Origin: Squalus acanthias
Lineage: Eukaryota
Length of the DNA stretch: 64,000 bases
NCBI GenBank assembly: GCA_030390025.1
Contig: CM059425.1
Coordinates: 161,884,001-161,948,000 of the forward strand
Direction of reading: 5' to 3'
Shown: positions 13,401 to 25,937 of the stretch, piece by piece
How positions within the stretch are numbered: position 1 is the stretch's first letter
Layout of the letters: every line of letters begins with the position of its first letter
Position numbers and translations under genes: made by a program
The notes under the pieces: model-generated
What the model was told of the DNA's origin: nothing
What the model saw: only the letters and a program-made list of their open reading frames with translations
Databases searched by the model: none

Positions 13401-13629
13401 AGGCCAGACCAGGTAAGGATGGCAGATTTCCTTTCCTAAAGGTCATTATTGAACCAGATGGGTTTTTATGACAGTCCGATAGCTTCATGGTCACCATTAC
13501 TGATACTAGCTTTTCATTCCAGATTTATAACTGAATTTAAATTCCCCAGCTGCCGTGGTACGATTATGAACTCACCTCTCCGGATCATTCGTTCAGAGAC
13601 TAGTCCAGTAACATAACCACTATGCTACA
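10402..13629 (-). mobile_element. Apparently full-length CR1-group (Zenon-like) LINE with tRNA-SINE-like 5' end and a single, frameshifted APE-RT ORF
   Basis: APE motifs (LLTNIW, RQDRPTRGGGTVVY, TTYCPP, VGEFNVHH) at ~12760-13230. RT motifs ALDIKAAFDRVWHQG and FADD. 3' tail at 10402-10480. Box A TAGCATAGTGG at 13627-13617. Confidence 0.85.
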
Positions 13630-14404
13630 ATTCCCGATACTGAACTAGAACAGGTTTAAGGGTAAATACAGAGCTGCCATGCTCCTAGTGGGAGCCTCAT
13701 TTGAAGGGAGCGGTTGGAGGTAGGGCTATACTAATTATCCGAATGACATTCCCTCCCAGTATAGTTCCGAATTGGGAGGTCAGCATCACAAAATTTACTC
13801 TGCAGTCACTGCTATAACACTTCTGCAATCAGTATGAAGTCACATACAAAAGTTCTTTACTATAGTTGTAGACTGTTCTCTATAAATGCTCACATTTTTT
13901 GATAAAATGAATTTCATAGAAATATATTTGAAACAAATGTGATTTTCTTTGTTTATATTTTTTTTTGCTGAAGGTGTGTGATCAGAATATGTTGTACATT
14001 AATTCTGAAAGTAAACCTGTAATCAGTTATCGATATTATAACAATTATCAAATTATATCCTATTATTGGGTCTTATTTAATTGTTTAAAACAAAAAGGTA
14101 TTTTGTTTTGATATAGTTGAAGCTGGATATAATCAGGACCTTATTTGATCAATTAACAGTGATACAATGGTTTGCAAATTTTAGACACCGACTGAACATT
14201 CAGTTCCAAAAAAAAAATAACGGCCTCAGCAGAATAAACGAGACTACATTCCATGGAAAGCAAACTCTCCCACTTATTGGGGAAAGTAAACACAGAACTC
14301 GGAACCTAAGTTCTAAAGTATACCTGAAATTATAGGGCAGACAATTCACCTACTTTGCAAGTACTTGTGATAAAGAGCCACGCGGAAATGCATAAGAAAA
14401 CAAT

Positions 14405-14751
14405 GGCCCGTAATTTGCGGTCAGCGGCGAAGCAAAGGCGTTAATCGCTGGCCCCGAAGTAAGCTTCCCACAAAGATCTCGCGATCTCTGTGGTGAGTTT
14501 GGCTTTTCTGGCGTGCAACTGAAATCAATACAAGTTAATGGGGAATCCCTAATGTGAGCTGCTGTGACGGCAACAAGCTGTCTAAGCAGCCAATCACAAT
14601 GCAGAATTCTCACAGACAGCGAACCAGGAAGTGAGTAAGCTCCTTTGTTTCTAACTTTATAAAAATGTTAGTGAGAGCAAAACAAAGATTGCGGCTCTCA
14701 CATGGGGTAAAGTAAAACTTGAAATAAAGATGAACAAACTTTTGAAAAAAA
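14405..14751. mobile_element. Partial MITE, same family as 5324-6121, inverted
   Basis: Starts GGCCCGTAATTTGCGGTCAGC and is the reverse complement of ~5775-6121. Cut off at the L2 fragment. Confidence 0.75.
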
Positions 14752-15495
14752 TTAAATGGTGGAGCAATTAAAATCGGGGATGCTCAAGGGGCCAAGATTG
14801 GAGGAGCGCAGATATCTCGAAGGATTGTAGGGCTCGAGGAGATTACAGAGATAGAGAGGGTCGAGGCCATGGAGGGATTTGAAAATGAGGTGTTGCTTAA
14901 CTGGGAGCCAATGCAGGTCAGCGAGCACAGGGGTGATGGGTGAATGGGACTTGGTGCGAGTTAGAACATGGACAGCAGAGTTTTGGATGACCTCAAGTTT
15001 ACGAATGATAGAACGTGGGAGGCCGGCCAGAAGTGCATTGGAATAGCCAAGTCTAGAGGTAACAAAGGCATGAATAAGGGTTTCAGCAGCAGATGAGCTG
15101 AGGCAGGAGCAGAGTTGGGTGACGTTACGGAGGTGGAAATAGGCGGTCTTGGTTATGGCGCAGATATGGTCCGAAGCTCCTCTTGGGGTCAAATACCAAG
15201 GTTGCAAACAGTCTGGTTCAGCCTCAGGAAGTTGCCAGGGAGAGGGATGGAGTTGGTGGCTAGGGAACGGAGTTTGTGGCAGGGACCGAAAACAATGGCT
15301 TCGGTCTACCCAATATTTAGTTGGAGGAAATTTCTGCTCACCGGACAAGCAGTCTGACAATTTAGAGACAGTGAAGGGGTTGAGAGAGGTGGTGGTGGTG
15401 AGGTAGAGCTGGGTGTCGTCACCGTTCATGTGGAAACTGACACTGTGATTTCAGATGATGTCGTACGGGGACAGCATGTAGATGAGAAATAAGAC
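14752..15495 (-). mobile_element. L2 LINE RT C-terminal fragment
   Basis: DDTQLY, AYFHLRN, AAETLIHAFVTSRLGYSNALLAGLP and HITPVL-like/LHWLPV motifs are typical of L2. Confidence 0.9.
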
Positions 15496-16262
15496 AAGTC
15501 CAAATAAATTATATTGTAGGGACTTCTGCTCTATATTTCATACGTAACTATCTTCAAAGAAGTAAAGAAAGTTTCTTATGTGGGGCCGTCCCCTCCTAAA
15601 TCCATACTAACTGTTACAACTTAGGTTTCCTCTACCATTATTCCTCCAACCTACTCTTCAGTAGAGTTTCCATTATGTTACCTGGTATGGATGTAAAGAT
15701 AATGGGCGTGCAGTGAGCTGGGTCTGACTTGCCTCCTATTTTAAATATAGACATGACGCTTTACTTGCTTCCAGTCCTATGGAATCTCTCCAGTATCCTA
15801 TGAACCTTTCATGACCATTTCTAGTGCCCTACACATTTCTTCCCTTCTTCAGCAATCCAGGATAAAAGCTATTTGGTCCAAAGGATGTACTGGTCCAGTC
15901 TTTTTAAGTTGTCATGTACTGCCTCCTTACTGATTTAAAAATACTCTAATATTCATACCACAATAATTGAATGGCAAATCAGTATTTTCCTCCCCAGTGA
16001 CTATTTCTAGAAAATAACCATTAAGTACTATAATGATCCTGATTACAGTGTACTGGGAGCTTTATGAAAGAAAATGAAATAACTTGATCAAAATGAAGCG
16101 TAGAAGAAAAGAACTGCTCAGTAAGCAAATGGGTTAAATAAACTGTTCAGAGTTATTAAATAAGAAATTGAAACTGCCCAGATAGCAATGTAGGAGAAAG
16201 CAGTGCAAGTGAAGAGGCTGTCTATGAAAGAGAGAAGCTGTGTACAGAGCAACAATGGAGAA

Positions 16263-16722
16263 AGAATCATAGAATGGTTACAGCACGGAAGAAGGCCACT
16301 CGGCCTGTTGAGCCCGTGCTGACTCTCTGCTCGTCCCACTCCCCTGCCCTTTCCCCGTAGCCCTGCAAATTTTTTTCCTTCAGATACTTACCCAACTCCC
16401 TTTTGAAAGATAGATTGAGTCTGCCTCCACCACTCTTTTAGGAAGTGCATTCCAGATCTTAACTACTCGCTGCGTAAAAAAGTTTTTTCTTACGCCGCCT
16501 TTGGTTCTTTTGCCAATCACCTTAAATCTGTGTTATCTGGTTCTTGACCCTTCTGCCAATGGGAACAGTTTCCCTCTATCTACTCTGTCCAGACCCCTCA
16601 TGATTTTGAACACCTCTATCAAATCTCCTCTCAATCTTCTCTGCTCCAAGGAGAACAATCCCAGCTTCTCCAGTCTATCAACGTAACTGAAGTCCCTCAT
16701 TCCTGGAATCATTTTCGTGAAT
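16263..16722 (-). mobile_element. CR1 LINE 3' fragment
   Basis: AGAATCATAGAAT tail; aligns with 7704-8180. Confidence 0.85.
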
Positions 16723-16810
16723 CAGCATAGGAAAATTAAGCTGTCCAAAGAACAGTGCAGGAAAAAAATACTCCCCAGAGAGCAATTTACACCCTTTTTA
16801 AAAATGTTAT

Positions 16811-18350
16811 ATTTATTCGTTCATGGGATGTGGGTGTTGCTGGCAAGACCAGCATTTATTGCCCATTCCTAATTGCCATTGAGAAGGTGGTGGTGAGCTG
16901 CCTTCTTGAACCGCTGCAGTCCGTGTGGTGAAGGTACTCCCATAGTGCTGCTAGGGAGGGAGTTCCAGAATTTTGACCCAGCGACGATGAAGGAACGGTG
17001 ATATATTTCCAAGGCAGGATGGTGTGTGACTTGGAGGGAAACTTGGAGGTGGTGGTGTTCCCGTCCACCTGCTGCCCTTGTCCTTCTAGGTGGTAGATGT
17101 TGCAGGTTTGGAAGGTGCTGTTGAAGAAGCCTTGACGAGTTGCTGCAGGACATCTTGTAAATGGTACACACTGCAGCCATGGTGCGCCGGTGGTGGAGGG
17201 AGTGAACATTTAAGGTGATGGATGAGGTGCCAATCAAGCTGGCTGCTTTGTCCTGGATGGTGTCGAGCTTCTTGAGTGTTGTTAGAGCTGCTCTCATCCA
17301 GGCAAGTGGAGAGTATTCCATCACACTCCTGACTTATGCCTTGTAGATGGTGGAAAGGCTTTGGGGAGTCAGGAGGTGAGACACTTGCCATAGAATACCC
17401 AGCCTCTGACCTGCTCTTGTAGCCACAGTATTTGTAGCTGGTCCAGTTAAGTTTCTGGTCAATGGTGACCCCCAGGATGTTGATGGTGGAGGATTCGGCA
17501 ATGGTAATGCCATTGAATGTCAAAGGGCGGTGGTTAGACTCTCTCTTGTTGGAGATGGTAATTGCCTGGCACTTGTGTGGCGCAAATGTTACTTGCTACT
17601 TTTCAGCCCAAGCCTGAATGTCGTCCAGGTCTTGCTGCATGTGGGCACAGAATGCTTCATTATCTGAGGAGTTGCAAATGGAACTGAACACTGCAATCAT
17701 CAGCAAACATCCCCACTTCTGACCCCATGATGGAGGGAAGGTCATTGATGAAGCAGCTGAAGATGGTTGGGCCTAGGACACTGCAGCGATGTCCTGGGCA
17801 TGAGATGATTGGCCTCCAACAACCATAACCATCTTCCTTTGTGCTAGGTATGACTCCAGCCAGTGGAGAGTTTCCCCCCTGATTCCCATTGACTTCAATT
17901 TTACTAGGGCTCCTTGATGCCACACTCAGTCAAATGCTGCCTTGATGTCAAGGGCAGTCACTCTCACCTCACCTCTGGAATTCAGCTCTTTTGTCCCTGT
18001 TTGGACCAAGGCTGTAATGTGGTTGGGAGCCGAGTGGTCCTGGCGGAGCCCAAACTGATCGTCGGTGAGCAGGTTATTGGTGAATAAGTGCTGCTTTATA
18101 GCACTTTCGATGACACCTTCCATCACTTTGTTGATGATTGAGAGTAGACTGATGGGGCAGTAATTGGCTGGATTGGATTTGTCCTGCTTTTTGTGGACAG
18201 GACACACCTGGGCAATTTCCCACATTGTCGGGTAGATGCCAGTGTTGTAGCTGTACTGGAACAGCTTGGCTAGAGGCGTGTCTTGTTCTGGAGCACAAGT
18301 CTTCAGCACGGAAGCTGGCATGTTGTCGGGGCCCATAGTCGTTGCTGTAT
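16811..18350 (-). mobile_element. CR1-group (Zenon-like) LINE, 5'-truncated
   Basis: ORFs 17926-18384 and 16869-17324 match the RT and C-terminus of the same family. Confidence 0.9.
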
Positions 18351-18609
18351 AATTACTCACAAGGTGAGATCCCTTAATTAACACGATCTCAGTTTTTCAC
18401 GACTTAAGTTTGTTTAGCATAAGATGAAGGATTTATAAGTTATTGGCATCACCAGCTAGTGCTCAGAACTACAGCACAATAACATCAATTCAAAAAGGCC
18501 TAATATCCCTGTTTTACGCACTTTTGGACCCATAACTTTTTCATCAAGCCAATGCCAAAATTTCAGCATAAGGCCAGCTTGGAATTATTTTCTGGTGCAA
18601 GCATGGACA

Positions 18610-19260
18610 GAGGAGGAGTTGGACACATTGTGGCAAATGCTTAGAATCCATAATTAGAGATAAAATTAATAAGCATTTAGAAATGCATGGGATAATCAAG
18701 CACAGCCGACATGGATTTGTTCAAGGCAAAACATGTTTAACAAATTTAGTAGAAGTTTTTGATAAAGGGAACAATTGGATGGATAAATAGAATGCAGTAG
18801 ATATACTGTGCATGGATTTTCAGAAGGTTTGCCGTAAGGTGTCTCAGAAGAGGCTTGTTATAAACATTCAGGCGTGTGGTATAAGAGGAAATGTGGCAAC
18901 ATGGAGAGAACATTAGGCAATCGACAGGAAACAAGAGTTTGGGCAAATGTGTGTTACTTGTATTGGAGAAAGGTTGGAAGTGGCGTTCGCCAGAAGTCAA
19001 TGCTGGGTCCACTTTCATTCTTGGTATACAAAAATTAAATCTTGAAATTTTCTGAAGAAGTAAAAGTAGGAGGATTGGCAAATAGCAAGATTGTAAAAGA
19101 TGTCAGGAAGACCTAGACAGATTAGGAGAATGGGCAAACAGGTGGAAGATGCAACTTAATGTGGATAGGTGGGAGGAAAAGTTAGGAGTGGGAGAATACA
19201 CTAAATGGGAAGATGCAGAAGAATATGGATGAACAGAGAGACCGAGGGGTATAAATACAT
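18610..19260 (+). mobile_element. Old, degenerate CR1 RT fragment
   Basis: CATGGATTTGTTCAAGGCAAAACATGTTTAACAAATTTA (HGFVQGKTCLTNL) and GATTTTCAGAAGG (DFQK); aligns loosely with 44680-45330. Confidence 0.7.
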
Positions 19261-19359
19261 AACTAAATTTTAACTCCGGGGCCTAAAGCACTTCAGAACT
19301 GTGCTTACAAACTTCTGGAGTGGTTAATTCTCCCAAATTTATGCTCACGGTAGAGCAGG

Positions 19360-19550
19360 CACTGAAGGGTGACCAGGCAGACTTCAGAGCAATTTATAGC
19401 ACTTGTGCTCAAGTTCTTGCTCTTACCACTTATATAGAAAGTGGTTTCCAACAGGAGAAAACAGAGGCCATGTTTCTTGACTTGATACCAGCACATGATA
19501 CCATATGGCACACTGGTCTACTGATTAAGATGTCAAAGATTAGTTTAATG
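19360..19550 (+). mobile_element. Vingi/Ingi-like (I-group) LINE RT fragment
   Basis: QVLALTTYIESGFQQEKTEAMFLDLIPAHDTIWHTGLLIK resembles the Vingi-type pattern QV..LT..IE..F....GAVF.DLTAAYDTVWH.GL. Confidence 0.55.
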
Positions 19551-22500
19551 AGGCGCTCAAATGCAGCCAAAGTATTTGCTTTAAAGGCACCACGTCATAC
19601 AGCACTCACCTCCATGTTGGCACATCTATCAAAAATATCTGAACTGTTATGCAAATCTATTGTCTGTATCTAAAACTCCTCTGAAATTCTACTGTGCTTA
19701 ATAAAAAAAATGGGGAAGTGCATTAATATTTGGCTACAGCTATTTGCTAGACTAGATGAAACAATGCCTTCTGGCACTGACCATCAGCATGGGTGCTATG
19801 TACACTATTAAGGAATAAAATTCAGCCCTGAGGTTAACCTATTATACAAGATACCTGTTCTACAATTTGAAAGAGATCTAATCACAGGTAGACAAAAAAC
19901 TTTGTAAGTATATTTTGAATGAAAATATACAAGGGCAGCTGAGTAGCTGAATGGCAAATCATTTCACATCCAACCAGATGGTTGCAAGTTTAGTTGGAAT
20001 CACAGCCTCAGCTGATCGTCAAAGTTGCCGATCTTAATTGAGTGAGATTTTGCAGTTCTCAGCTGAGTTATTAGATGGAGCTACTTCCTGGGAACAAAGA
20101 ATAACTAGCAGGACCAGTCCCATTCAGCAGATTCCCCAATAACCTGCTAGATTATAATTTCTGTTGTACAGTAGACAGGCTTGCAGATCTCAGCTGCCTA
20201 GGTGATGGCATGGAGGTGGGAGGTATCAACAAGGAGGGTTGGGAGCATGAAAATAAATAAAATAAACAAATGGATGCAAGAAAAATAATCATGAAGGATG
20301 GCGTGCATTTTGAGAGCTTCATTGTATTAAATTGCAGCAGGATTGAGTATAATTTTAACGGAGTAATGTAGCAGCTTTGTTGCCTTCTGGAACCCTGCTG
20401 ATGACTTTAGTTTGACAAAGAAAATGCAGTTCATGTGTGCTAGGAGATTAAAGAAATAACCTTGTGGTACAATTTTGTTTTGGATAAGATATCTATGTGC
20501 CTTTGTTCCTCATACTGGAACTACTCCGGTCTAACAACAGGCTTACCAGGCCTCCAATTTTCCATCTAATGATGCCTAAAACATTTTTAAAAGGTACAAA
20601 TGATTTTATAATGAATGACATTGAAAAATATTAAATAACAGCTCTTCCTAAAGATAAGCTTTATAATTAAATAGTGGAAATGAGCAGAGTATTCAAAGGA
20701 TGGGTTTCAAGGCATTGATTAGATTGCCACTAACTTTGTATTTTGACACCTTCGTTGTTCTTGGTATTATACTGTCTCTTGTGCATCTCACAAAAGAGGC
20801 ATTTTACCAGGTCTGCGCACAAACAGCATTTATGAAAGGGACTGTCAAGGCTGCAAGCCAAAAAAAGAGTCTCATTTGGATTTCAAGTAAAGAAACTTGG
20901 TGCATTTCATTTCAATGTATATGAACCTCTGAGAAAATAAGATGGGTTGAGATTCTCATCCCTGTTAATTTATTGAAATAGATTCAGTTTGCTTTTGTAA
21001 TCTATAAAGCGCATTTTTCCATACAAGGCAACATTACCATAGTTCCAATAAGTAAATAAGTTGTGATGCTATGTGCATATATGTTAGATGAATGGTACAC
21101 GGGTTTCTCAGTAATTTTCTTTTAAATGGTAAAAAGATACATTTCAATAAAGACCACCCTGATGAATATTTTATATTTTGACTTTAAAAGCGCCCGAGTT
21201 CGTGTATTTTCCAAATTGAAGAGTTTTTGGAAGCTGCAGATGCTCTGACAATAAAGTAATTGAAGAACAAATAGCCTCAAAAAAAGCTATCGAAAAATTA
21301 CAAAAATAAAAAAAGCTTTTATAAAACAACTGGATCCATAGATTTTATCTGCACTTCTAATGTACCACCTGTAAATTTACTGTGGAAGAATTTAAGCATA
21401 AAACAGACTATATTATTATATTATTCTGTGTTCTGTTGACCCACCAATATCCACTCACTCTGCATAGGGATCAGATTAGCAAAGCAATCAGTAACAAGTG
21501 GGCCTGCACCATAGTGATTAACTACTAGTATTGTGGAGTTCAGTGAAGCACGCCCAATCTATAAGGACACATAATTTCTGGTCCAGGCTCTCTTCCTTGG
21601 TTCACTAAAGTAATCCAAACATGCAACAACATTTCTATTTGGAGGCCACTATGATCGCCACATTACTCCATTCCTGTATCCCAAAAATTACAAACCAATT
21701 TAATGAAAGCACTTCGAACACTATTTAAGCAAAGAAAACCAATAGGTCCTTTGTCTGTGAATGTAGGTCACATAGTGCTAAAGTATAATGCCACTGAATA
21801 ATAGGGTTTATACTATCAAGTCTTCAAAAACACAATGTAAATTATACCTCAGCAAGTCTCATTTTTCACTTTATAACATTCATGTAGTTGTAGAACCACT
21901 ATAATATTTCCACATTTAAGAGATCATAATAAAGTTTCAGTGTTTCTCCCCATTTTCAAGCCTAGCAAAAACAAATGTTGGGAGTATAATTAAAAATGTA
22001 CAACATCTGTAATAAAACCACACAACACAAATGTTATAAACTGAAGTACTTCATGGAGGTCTGTGAGCTTTTATTTCCTTTTGTGATACCAACTAAAACT
22101 CATTCAGATTTCTTGCTGGTGAGTTATATTGTTGCCTTACTTGGAAAAATAAAAAAACAGAGCACACAGCTCCCTGTGAAGAATCCTTTATTTGTATTAA
22201 ATATGAAATTAGGCTTTGATAAACTGAACACAGCAAATATAGTATAGAGGCCCAAATTATCCCAAGGTTATACAACACATCTTAACGAACAGCTTGACAA
22301 ATTAACTTTGATGTATAATGAAACTTAAATAAAATGGTCTCTTGTACTGATGCCTTGCAGTAACAGTCCATTACACTAGAGGTTCCTGTATTGTTCCCTT
22401 TCAAGACATATTGTACTTCACAGATAAGGTCTATACTTTCATTTCTAGAGGGAAACAACTGAACTTTTTCAAATTTCTGAAAAATATTAATAGTATTATT

Positions 22501-23019
22501 ACAATTGACCCTATATTGTTTAATAAAAATACCTAAAGCATTTCATAATTAAATTAAAATTAGCTTTGCTTTAGTTGGATTATTGATAGTCTTGATGACT
22601 TAGAAAAAATACCTGGAAAAAATGAATACTATAATACATTTCAGTGCATACTTGTATCTTTTCTAGTTTCTTGTTAAATACTTACACTATAATACATTCT
22701 TTGTAGAGGAATCCTGAATTTTATTTCACAAGAGTACAGGCCATTTAATTTATAAGTAAAATAAAGATCATCATTAAAAATCTAATTGTACATTTTTCAA
22801 TTTATTACATGCATATGAGATCATTATATACCTCCTCAGACCTTATTTTGCACTTCTTTCTAAAACCATCACTGATGACATATCATAATAGTTACAATTT
22901 TTATACTTCAGTAAAATTATCACTAGTACAGTAACTGGAATGAAACAATTGTTTTTCAATCTCACCAATTGGTTACAACTTAGAATAAACTATAAAATAG
23001 AGGAGGAGGAAAATGGGGA

Positions 23020-23410
23020 AGGGGTTGCAGTTAGATACTGGCCTTTGACCTCTGAACCCTGGGTTTAAATCCAACGAAGACTTAGGGGATGAAAGCTTCC
23101 TCTGTCTACTGGCTGCAAGGATCCTTTGTGAAATTGGCAATCTCAATCCAGTTCCTCGTAGCACAAAACTGTTCCTAATTCAGTACTAACGGGCAATCTT
23201 ACTCGGAGGTCAAAGGATGGCTAGTGTGGGAAATAGAAGAAAAATGTCACACTGATGCATTTGGGGGCACATTTCTGAGATTGTGGCCAAGGCATGTTGT
23301 TGCAGCACAGCATAGTTAGCTTTACTCTGCATCTGGCTCTGCTTGTGGATGCCTGAAATGGGAAGAATTTTATTCCCTAGCACTAACATGCTTTAGTCTG
23401 AGGAGCGCAA
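23020..23410 (+). mobile_element. Ancient LF-SINE-like element
   Basis: GCCTTTGACCTCTG...GGTTTAAATCC head, then TGTGAAAT...TCTCAATCCAGTTCCT...CACAAAAC...ACTAA...GGCAATCT. These blocks are colinear with the LF-SINE consensus as I recall it. Confidence 0.6.
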
Positions 23411-25227
23411 AGATAAATAGAGGAATAACGTACACACAGTTGTGACTTAAAGATTGAATTTGATAGCACATGAAAATCCTAAAAATATAAAGAATTTGAC
23501 TGTTCTTTGCAGTACTGTAAGCACAAAGCAGAATGTAAATCACACACACAGATGTATGGTATTCAATGCAGTGAGGGGGGGGGGGGGGCAGGGGGGCGGT
23601 TGGGGTGGCAGCTTCTCCAGGTTACAGTGAAAGTTGAACCCCTCAAAATTACAAAGTCATCCAAATTGTGCAATTTCAACTAATTCACCAAAACCTATTT
23701 TTTTCTGAATTTGTGTTAGGGTTGACCGTTAATAATAATGATGATGTGCATGTGAGGAAGTCAAAACTTTAATTTCCATAACATGATGCAGGCATTCCTG
23801 TCATTATACTGGGCAGGTGAGAAAGATAGGTGCTTGTTTTAGCTTCTGTTTTGGAGTGCAGTGCTGGTAGGGGAAAGACATCTGATCCTTGATATCCTCC
23901 GAGTAAGTGTCTACTTTCCCTAGTGATGTAGTTGGTATGTATGCACTGAGAGGAAATGGGTAGCAGGAAGTGAGAGGAAATGCGAAGTAGGGGAATTGCA
24001 GCAAATCATAGTGATGAAAAGCAAATTTATATGTGGAGATCTTTGAAGAACACCTTCTTCGGAGTTCTAGTTATCATGCATAATAATTTAGAATGATTGT
24101 AACTATATTGTTGAGTATAATATATACATGACCAGCATAACAAATTCTCCAGAAACGAAGCATTTTGTGTGCTTCTAGTAGATGCTTTCTATAGTCAGTG
24201 TCCACGAAGACAGAAACAAAATGAAAAAGATAAGACTTTAGATTTACAAAGAGTTTGGTTTAAGGTAGGGAATTTGAACTTGCACTTAATATTGATACCC
24301 CAGAGCAGTACTGAAGAAGCTCACCACTGTTTGAGGAGATGTTGAACTTCATTATGTAGAAGTCATATCTGCCTGTGGGATGACCAAAGTGTCTTACCAA
24401 AGCCCAGGTTAAATACCTTCAAACAAATAACAAAAATCTGAATGTGTATTCTAGCACTGAAGAATAGACAGCCATTAACCTCACAATGATTGAAATTACT
24501 TTTTTTCACACATATACTCATCAAACTGGGGTTTGACAGTACTACAGAATAGGATATTTTTATCCATTGTGTTCATAGTGACAGCATCTGCTTGAAAACC
24601 AGTTTAATTTAAATTCAAAGCTCCACCCACTTTGGCTCAATAATGCACTTCGACTCCAACCTCAAAAATATCCCTCCCTTCTGCTTTTTAGCATTCACAT
24701 CTGTTAACCACGTATACTACCATTACGGATGCTGCTATTTAAATATCACAATTAATAGTTGTTTTATCTTGTGAACAGATATCCACAAGGAATTGAAGTG
24801 ACACTGCCAAATTCATTTCACTTGCAACCGACAACAGTTTGAAGAGAGAGTGGGAATATCATAATCTTATTTGTTTGGGTTAGATTGAGACCCAAGGGCT
24901 AAAGGTATAAACACTAAATCCAACCTAAACATACATAAAGGGATAAAAATAATTAAAATCAAACTTACACCTCATTTACTATCTTTTTAAAAAAAAAACA
25001 ATCTTTATACAATAAGGTAATGGTAGATTAAATCACTTACATCACTTTAAAAATTGGCACTAATCAGTTTGTGAATCCCTATGCAACAATTTCCTAATTG
25101 TTGTCGGATTGTGAGGAGGGAGGAGGGAAAGTATCAAGTGGAAGTTTGATGCTTTCTCATGGGGAGGAAAATAAATAAAACTGGAGAATGAGCCTCTTAA
25201 GTCATTGTTATGTATCTCAGTTAAGAA

Positions 25228-25632
25228 ACACGGTGGCATAGTGGTTAGCACTGGTGCCTCACAGCGCCAGAGGACCCGGGTTCGAATCTGACCTCGGGTG
25301 ACTATCTGTGTGGAGTTTGCACATTCTCCCCGTGTCTGCGTGGGTTTCCTCTGGGTGCTCCGGTTTCCTCCCACAGTCCAAAAATGTGCGGGTTAGGTTG
25401 ATTTGGCTATGATAAATTGACCCTTAGTGTTAGGGGGGGATTAAATATGTGGGGATAGGATGGGATATGTTAGGGGGAATTAAATACGGGGGTAGGGTGG
25501 GATATGTGTACTGTGGGGATTAAAGCAGGGACAGGGTACTGGATTTGGATGATCAGCCATGATCGTATTGAATGGTGGAGCAGGCTCGACAGGCCGAATG
25601 GCCTACTCCTGCTCCTAGATTCTATGTTTCTA
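25228..25632 (+). mobile_element. HE1-type V-SINE (tRNA head, V-domain, CR1-derived tail)
   Basis: Box A TGGCATAGTGG, box B GGTTCGAATC, V-domain GTGTGGAGTTTGCACATTCTCCCCGTGTCTGCGTGGGTTTCC. The tail closely matches the CR1 end at 45965-46049. Confidence 0.9.
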
Positions 25633-25937
25633 AATGGATCGGAGTGAGAGGATGTAAAATGGGAGAAAAAACACAAAATAAGTAAATAAAGGAATTAGAA
25701 AACATGGCTGCAAAAATCAACCGGCATCTTAATTTACTAACTTGTACAATGTTTTATGTCAATTGGTGAATTATCTCATTTGAAAACAGATGAAATCAGT
25801 TTAATATATTCTGTGCAAAGGAGTTTTTAGGTTCTTATACCAATGTAAAGGAACACTCTCTCAAAAATAGAGCCACCATATTTTTGCTGAACTAAAGAGA
25901 AAAACCAAATGCAACTGCATCTTTGAGAACTGATATT

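Noticed and set aside
19930..20090. Possible ancient SINE head
   Set aside because: Too degenerate to support without a profile search.
25231..25300. tRNA gene
   Set aside because: The A and B boxes continue into a V-domain and CR1 tail, so this is a SINE head.
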